From Amoeboradix gromovi X-113 (Eukaryota > Fungi > Sanchytriomycota): a stretch of DNA of 10,492 bases. Below are positions 1 through 6,294 of the stretch, one piece after another. Location: NCBI GenBank assembly GCA_018985225.1, contig JADGIF010000344.1:1-10492 (forward strand). Direction: 5' to 3'. The notes under the pieces were generated by a model, which saw only the letters and a program-made list of their open reading frames with translations, had not been told where the DNA came from and searched no databases. Each line of letters begins with the position of its first letter. Positions within the stretch are counted from its first letter, which is position 1. The position numbers and the translations under genes were made by a program.

Positions 1-53
1 TCCATAAAGTAATAAAGCTGAAATAATGTTCCAAGTTGTTACAGAAAGTTAGT

Positions 54-1289
54 CTAGTTTTTATATTTGATGTCCCACATGCTAGTTGCACTTGAGGAAT
101 ATGAGGAGTCATCCATTTCTTCAATCTCGGTAGCATTTATATCGATATTGGTCATTTTGTTTCTAAGCCAATCTACCTGCATGCTGAGAAACTTATTTTC
201 TCCATCGAGCTCTTTTATCTTTTTCAAAGCCCGAGTACTCAGTTTTTCCAATTCCAATGATTTGGAGTTACTCTGTTGCACTTGTTGTCTGGTTTGCAAT
301 AAAGTGTTTTGCATTGTAGAGTAATCTGATTTTAGCAAAGTATATGAACTCATAACCTGATCATGTTTTAAAAACATTTCCTGTTGAACTCTGTTAGCCG
401 TGTCGTATTTTTTGATAAAATGGCCATTTTCGTCAACTAGCAAATGCAACCTGTCTCTAGATTCCTTGTTCTCTTCCTGTAGAATCTTCAACTGAGTGAT
501 TAGTTCATCTTTACTTAAATCACTATATTCTTCATGAATTATTTCTTCAGTCTGAGTGCTTCGTGATGTAGACCAGTCTGTCATGCTCAATTCATCTAAT
601 TGTTCAATGCTTAAATCCCTTTTAATGACATCTACATTTGTAAACTGAACACTTTTTTTAGCGGAAATGGGTTCGATTTCGCTAGGCTCTGTGCTATTAA
701 TATCGTCAATGCTATTGACATCACTCTCAGTTGATGGCGACTCATTTTCAGAAATATCGCCAGCTTGAGGTACGAATGAATCGTTTTTCAAATAATCTGA
801 TAACTCTTCAACATCTTGAATGTCTTCAGCTAACGGCATATGTGGACGGGGCGGGGATATGTGCTTGCTTTGTAGTTGGGCAGATTGGGCAGTATCAGGA
901 ATATTGCGACCATTTATATCCTTTTTAGCAAACTTGGTATAGTGCGCGGGTTTATTCTTGTATTTAATCAAATGATTAATTTCATCATCTTCATCTAGAT
1001 CGCTTATGAATGAGTCAATGGAGCCATCACTCATCATGCTCAAGTTACTAAGACTAATGCTATTCATACTTAAATTTGTACTAGTTCTATTCAAAGTGTA
1101 CTGGCCAGCGCTACGCACATTCTTTTTCGAATTATTATATTCATTTTTGAGTATTTGTAATACAGAATTATTTTCATGAACACTCAGCTTTCTAGACTGC
1201 AACAAAGGTTTATGTTTCTTGCTAATGCTTACCTGCCTTTTGGGTTTGGGTAACTTAGATTCACTTAAAAAATCGATTAAATCTTTCAT
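54..1289 (-). CDS. Hypothetical protein (~411 aa): low-complexity Ser/acidic N-terminal two-thirds and C-terminal coiled coil
   Basis: Long open frame. The ORF-track start at 1319 is a TTG, and the first in-frame ATG is at 1289 (MKDLIDFLSES...). The C-terminus has a heptad pattern (LSKDELITQLKILQEENK...LEKLSTRALKKIKELDGENKFLSMQVDWLRNKM), and there is an RVxF-like motif KKSVQF. No family recognised. Confidence 0.8.
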   Translation of the reverse strand: MKDLIDFLSESKLPKPKRQVSISKKHKPLLQSRKLSVHENNSVLQILKNEYNNSKKNVRSAGQYTLNRTSTNLSMNSISLSNLSMMSDGSIDSFISDLDEDDEINHLIKYKNKPAHYTKFAKKDINGRNIPDTAQSAQLQSKHISPPRPHMPLAEDIQDVEELSDYLKNDSFVPQAGDISENESPSTESDVNSIDDINSTEPSEIEPISAKKSVQFTNVDVIKRDLSIEQLDELSMTDWSTSRSTQTEEIIHEEYSDLSKDELITQLKILQEENKESRDRLHLLVDENGHFIKKYDTANRVQQEMFLKHDQVMSSYTLLKSDYSTMQNTLLQTRQQVQQSNSKSLELEKLSTRALKKIKELDGENKFLSMQVDWLRNKMTNIDINATEIEEMDDSSYSSSATSMWDIKYKN

Positions 1290-2130
1290 GTCTGTTACAA
1301 CCAACGTCGCCGCGACCAAAACAAACGACGTTAAATGATACCAATCAAATGATCATAACTGATCTGGATTAGTAAACCAAGATACCGCTGAGAAAACATA
1401 ACCCACATTGGACATGAAAAGCTTTGAATTATAACTTTGGCCTCGATTTATTCGCTGACGACAGTACAGTGTCAATGTCTTGCGTCAAATGTATAACATT
1501 TATAATTGTAATTCTGCATCATTCACGGCTTCAGTTAGCTAGGATTTACTTATTACTTGAAACGTGCACAACTATCATCAGTAACTATTTGATGCCGTAC
1601 ATATCTGATTTATAAAAGAGATTCCTCTAATGCATACAGTGAATTACAAGTTCACTTGGTGTTTCTGCTCTTCCCTAAAAGATAGCCTCTTATAAGCGAG
1701 AGTCTTATACAACAAACAAAATGAGGATCTAGAACCGCAAGCCAATAATTTGTCTATGTACTTCCCAGACTACATAGTTGTCCAAGGCATTGGGAGTTGC
1801 CATTTGGAAGTAGATAGAGTCCATATTGCAGCAAGGAACACAAGTTCAAATATTGGCATTTCTTTTCAGGGCTCCGGTAACATGAGTTACCAGTAAGATG
1901 GTGCTGAAAAATCGACTACCGTATTGAGAGTATTCGGCCATAGATATGACTCTATCACGCTACATATCGAGGGCGTTTCGCTCAGTCTTATAGTAATTGG
2001 TCGTAATGACATCCTGATTTAGTTTTTCAGACACATTTGTTAGCTACACAACCGCAATCAAAGATCTGCTTTTTAAGCCGCTCTTTAAAATGAAAAATTG
2101 GAACTTTAAGACAAATGATCTTAGGAATAA

Positions 2131-3372
2131 ATGTCTCCTTGTTTTTCCATGCACGACGATGAAATTTCCATGACTGTTGAGCAAACGAATGTAATGCGGG
2201 CTAAATTGGGGTTAAAGCTATTAAAGGTAGAAGCTCAGCCAGTTTTAAAGCAAGAGATCCAAAAAATTGAGGAACCGAAATTCGATACAGATGAGTGGTT
2301 AAGTAAAATGGCTAGAAAGTCGGCCGAGCAGAATACGAAAACACCAATAAAAGAAGACCCCCCGGAAGATATTCACATAGGACATAATTTTGACGATATT
2401 AACTATGGTCATCACGTCTTCACTTTAAAGGATTCCCAGGTTGCTGACGAGCCTGTGCTTGAGAACACAATGATAAGGGACATCAATTTGGCACAAAACA
2501 ATAGTTTTATGGCCCAATCTAACTACAAGTATGATGGGAAAATGGCCATGGAACACAACAAACCACTACTTTACCAATATAAAACTGAGGAAAAAGGTTT
2601 CAAGCTAAATAGTCCCAACCCAAAGAAGCGTAAGCTGCAAGACTATCTTGGCGAGAAGGTATCATTATCAGTCAATCAGCAACCCGCTGAGGAGACTTTT
2701 ACGAAAATCAAGAAGTTTAAAAACATAAAGAAGGTTAAAAGAAGTATACGCAAGGCTTTAGAAGAAGAAGTTGCTTTTGTGGATTCTGTTGCATCTACTG
2801 CGGTCGTTAAGCCATCCATCGAGGGTGTGATAAACGCTGCTAGGGCAGGCATCGATGCCGTAGATCTCCCTCTGGCGGAAATCCCAGAAGTAGAAATTGA
2901 AGATGATAACGAAAGGCTCAAAAGCAAACCTACAGGTATCAAGCCAAGCTACGACACTAATTCGATGGATACTGGCAGCGATGTCGAAACCAATGATAAA
3001 TCGATAAACAACAATATACAGCGCCGATATAACAATGATGCTCCAAATACAAATTTTTTGGATCTTCCGGTGTTTGCTGTATCTCCGTTTCTTCCTAAAA
3101 TTGTTCAGTTTGTGGATGTACATGCTATCAACATGAAAATTAAGGAGTTAGATGCCAAGATTCAACAGCAAAACACTCTTATTAGTGGCACAAACAACAG
3201 AATTGAACTGATCCGACTAGAGAGAGAGCTAAAAAAGCTTGGGGATTTACGGTTTTCTCTGATTCAGGATAAAATGAAGTCATATGCACCATCTATATCA
3301 TTTGAAGGTGAGAAAAATGAAAAGATGACCAAGAAGAAGGCAACAATTGCAATAAACGCTAAGAAGAAATAA
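2131..3372 (+). CDS. SART1: U4/U6.U5 tri-snRNP-associated protein SART1/Snu66 homolog (divergent, 413 aa)
   Basis: The N-terminal HIND (Hub1-binding) motif ISMTVEQTNVMRAKLGLKLL matches the SLSIEETNxLRAxLGLKPL consensus. The SART-1 block IGHNFDDINYGHHVFTLKDSQVADEPVLEN resembles VGHDxxxFxxGxxILTLKDxxVLxxxDxLEN. LLYQYKTEEKGFKL resembles ILxKYDEE...GFxL, and the C-terminal KMKSYAPSISF...MTKKKA resembles YKPxVxLxY...MTxKEA. The start could be 2131 or 2149. Confidence 0.85.
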   Translation: MSPCFSMHDDEISMTVEQTNVMRAKLGLKLLKVEAQPVLKQEIQKIEEPKFDTDEWLSKMARKSAEQNTKTPIKEDPPEDIHIGHNFDDINYGHHVFTLKDSQVADEPVLENTMIRDINLAQNNSFMAQSNYKYDGKMAMEHNKPLLYQYKTEEKGFKLNSPNPKKRKLQDYLGEKVSLSVNQQPAEETFTKIKKFKNIKKVKRSIRKALEEEVAFVDSVASTAVVKPSIEGVINAARAGIDAVDLPLAEIPEVEIEDDNERLKSKPTGIKPSYDTNSMDTGSDVETNDKSINNNIQRRYNNDAPNTNFLDLPVFAVSPFLPKIVQFVDVHAINMKIKELDAKIQQQNTLISGTNNRIELIRLERELKKLGDLRFSLIQDKMKSYAPSISFEGEKNEKMTKKKATIAINAKKK

Positions 3373-4025
3373 AATCTAAAAGGAAGGTGCGCTGTCATTC
3401 TTTTTTGATATGAAGAATACAGATGGCCATTGTTGCACCATGAGGCCATAGTATCAAGATATTTTGTTTTTTATCTTGAAGAATAGATCATACGTGCTAG
3501 TTTCCATCAGTTCATTATCAATACCAATTTGAGCTTGAAAATATTCTGGAGCTAAGATGCAGATCTAGCAACGGATTCCATTAAGTCCAATTTTCATAGG
3601 GCATCAAATTATAACATGCCGAGTGTTATGCCTTAAAAATCTTTAGTAAGCTGCTTATTAAAAATGATGATTATGAGTCATCAATTTGAATAAATTCTTC
3701 ACTTGTAGCAAAAATTGGCCTTAATTCATATAATTGTTAAAGTAACTAAAACGCGGTTGGTGGAAAAATGCCACAATTTTCTCAGTGCCTACTCTTGACA
3801 CATGCCACATGGAGCCATTCTATCGAAAGATGATGAGTTGACATATTTAACAAATCCTTGGAATTAGAACAACAAATCATTTTTTATTAATCACCGGCTC
3901 TCCTTGTAGATATACATGAAATGAATTCTCTAGATACCTGATTAGTGTTCCCAGTCATTTTGGCAGAAACTCTGGCATATACCCTTATAGTTGTTTTAGC
4001 ACCATGTAGTAAATTTTGTAGGCCA

Positions 4026-6030
4026 ATGTTTCCAACGCTTTTCTCTCTTCTTTCCCAGGCGGTAATCCTAAACATAAATCACACAGTTACTAATGGGAAG
4101 CTGGAAGTTAATTTTACAGCATTTGGGTCTACTTACAATCTAGAATTAGACAAAAATAACTTTTTATCTGACCAATTTAATGCCTTTGAAATATCAGGCG
4201 ATAAAATGTCTATAAAAGATGTAGATGACTGTTATTTTATCGCTCAAAATGCTGCATTTAGATCTTGTAACGGCTTATCTGGTTTGTTCTTTAGTGATAA
4301 ATTAAACACTACAATTAAAGTAGAATCTTTGGGCAACAGTTTTAATATTACTAGAAATGTCACTATTCCCAGTGACTCTTGGTGTCGAATAGAAAATACT
4401 ACTAATAATTCGACGTTTGATATCGAAGGTTTAATAATAAAAAGAGATTTCACATCCGCTACGATTGAAGTTTTAGCTATTGCCGACCACACGATGGTTA
4501 AAAAATATGGAAATAACACCGTACAGCATGTATTAGATATCGTTAACATTGCATCTAGTATTTATGCTTCAAACACCTTCTTGGTTCCTGTTTCTATATC
4601 TTTAAATGCTATAATTACGTTGACAAGTCCTATTGTTGAATCTTATGTTTCTGATACATTATTAGATGAAGTGACTGCTTTTGTAGTTGATTTATTATAT
4701 AAAAAGTACTTTTCTGCACCAATGTTTGATTATATTAGAGATGTGGATCATGTGTCAATATTTACTTCTAATGCTGTCCCTGATGATACTTCGTCGGAAT
4801 CTGGTTTTATAATTGGGTATTTCCTAATAATTTAGTATTGCACGATTATCCAGCATGTGTTTAAGTGATAGTGTTAGTGCTATTAGCGAATATTACACAG
4901 ATAAAACACCAGCGGTTTTGGGATTTGCACTGGCCCATGAAATAGGACACTCAATGAGCGCGCTTCACGACGGTCAAAACAATGACTGTCCAAGTACTGG
5001 GTATGTCATGGCTGCTTATATATCGAACCCACCACCTCACACCTTTAGCTCTTGCTCTATTGCATACATAAATAATATGCTCATATATCAAGCCAATAAT
5101 TTGTGGCCTTCTTGTGTATTTCAAAATTCAGCAAAAGCAATTAATGTCACGAGTCTATGTGGAAATGGAATAGTTGATTTTGGTAACGGTGAAGAGTGTG
5201 ACGCTGCTGGTGATAGTCCATGTTGTACTACAGGTTGTAAATTGAAGCAAAACGCTATGTGCGACGACTTGAATGGTTCTTGTTGTTCAAATTGCCAACT
5301 TTTAAACTCGAGCAGCGCTTGTAGAGATAAAACTAATAACCCTTTAATAGACTCCTGTGATGCTACTCCAAAAACATACTGCGATGGTAAATCACCTTAC
5401 TGCCCCTTTAATCAATACCTACCAACTTGGAGTGTTTGCGATACCAACACAGATCAAGGCCAGGGATTTTGCTACGAGGGATATTGTTTCACTAGACAAG
5501 CATCTTGTATCAATTACGGATATACTTATGGAAAATGCGACAAAAATAATAGTTGCATGGTTGTTTGCGATAATGGCAGCGGCTGCGTCGATATTAATTT
5601 AGGAATGAGTCCTGGCACCACCTGTGGTGCCAAATTAGATGGAACTTGCGATAGATTTTCAAAATGCAACAAAGTGAATACCACTAGCATTTATTCATCA
5701 AGCCTTACAACTAATATGTTAGGAAGTAACAACACAAGAGTAGGCACTGGCAGTTCGTTGTCCACAGACTCATTTGTATTTCATTCTGTAACAATTAAAT
5801 CATCAGAAGTAATGGATACACCAGAATTGATTGAGTCTTTAAACTCTATCGACTCATTATACCTGCTTGAATCAATGAAATCAATTAATTCGATTGAATC
5901 AATAGAATCAATGACGCACTACACCAATAGCAACAATGATACAGCCACGGTAACTTTAGACTTGTTTTCTAAAGGGCATATAACAAGTGCCCTCTACAGT
6001 TTTATGTTTTTAGTAAACAACCTATTTTGA
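4026..6030 (+). CDS. ADAM-family (M12B reprolysin) zinc metalloprotease-disintegrin; join(4026..4816,4836..6030), 661 aa
   Basis: ATG at 4026 followed by a short hydrophobic leader. Prodomain motifs FTAFGSTYNLELDKN and CYF...AAFRSCNGLSG. A Cys-switch-like WC and a dibasic KR (4440-4445) precede IEVLAIADHTM. Splicing restores IIGIARLSSMC (the GxAxxxxMC motif). Zinc motif HEIGHSMSALHD at 4936-4971 and Met-turn YVMA. Disintegrin domain CGNGIVD..GEECD..CC...CKL...CC..C...CR...CD...CDG.S..CP, then a Cys-rich region, a Ser/Thr-rich stalk and a hydrophobic C-terminus. Confidence 0.92.
4817..4835 (+). other. Putative 19-nt spliceosomal intron (phase 2) GTATTTCCTAATAATTTAG
   Basis: GT donor at 4817, CTAAT branch-site-like motif at 4824-4828 and TAG acceptor at 4833-4835. 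Removal gives GG|T ATT GCA CGA TTA TCC AGC ATG. This deletes the in-frame stop and joins ORF 3945..4835 to ORF 4855..6030 in the correct frame. Confidence 0.85.
5830..5913 (+). repeat. Degenerate 9-nt (tripeptide) tandem repeat encoding [ILM]-[EDNK]-S units in the ADAM stalk
   Basis: The protein reads IESLNSIDSLYLLESMKSINSIESIESM. The DNA contains repeated units such as attgaatca, atagaatca, atgaaatca and cttgaatca. Confidence 0.6.
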
Positions 6031-6294
6031 TTGCTCAAATTTATCTTGCTATTACGCATTGCGGGTTTCCCTTACAATATTTGCAAAGTTTTCGGGCACA
6101 CTAGAGATCATAAAGTTGAAAATTATGTATTTATTCTTGTCTCGGGTGTAACGGAATCGTGAGCAACTACTCTAACATACCGTCTGCCATTCTTAGTTCT
6201 CCGTGAAAGCTCTTGATTTTCTAAGAAAACAGGACTTTAAATCAGTTTAACAGAGTCCAAGTCATTGTTATTCATTATTTTTCAATACCTCCGT

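Noticed and set aside
1358-1404. TPP-riboswitch-like words CTGATCTGGAT and GCTGAGAAA...ACCC
   Set aside because: The two blocks are in the reverse of the riboswitch order, the P1/P2 partners are missing, and no thiamine gene is nearby. Treated as coincidence.
1424-1615. 63-aa intergenic ORF
   Set aside because: It has a TTG start, is short and has no recognisable features.
1696-2022. Nearly open + strand frame (~108 codons with a single TAA)
   Set aside because: No recognisable protein motif or good start. Neighbouring genes end at TAA/TAG/TGA normally, so there is no case for stop-codon reassignment.
2676-3449. Antisense ORFs over SART1, and likewise 67..324, 731..928, 4244..4549, 5357..5602, 6282..6485, 7044..7358, 8317..8526 and 8646..9056
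   Set aside because: These are shadow or alternative frames of well-supported genes and have no independent motifs.
3830-3941. Possible C/D box snoRNA (ATGATGA ... CTGA)
   Set aside because: No terminal stem, no clear D'/C' boxes and no recognisable rRNA-antisense guide.
3945-4835. Treating this ORF and 4855..6030 as two genes or a frameshifted pseudogene
   Set aside because: They are consecutive halves of one ADAM, joined exactly by a GT-AG micro-intron, with all catalytic residues intact. The GTG start at 3945 is not a credible eukaryotic start.
6159-6196. Intron-like 38-mer GTGAGC...CTAAC...TTAG upstream of TAF1
   Set aside because: Splicing it does not extend any reading frame. It cannot be supported without transcript data.
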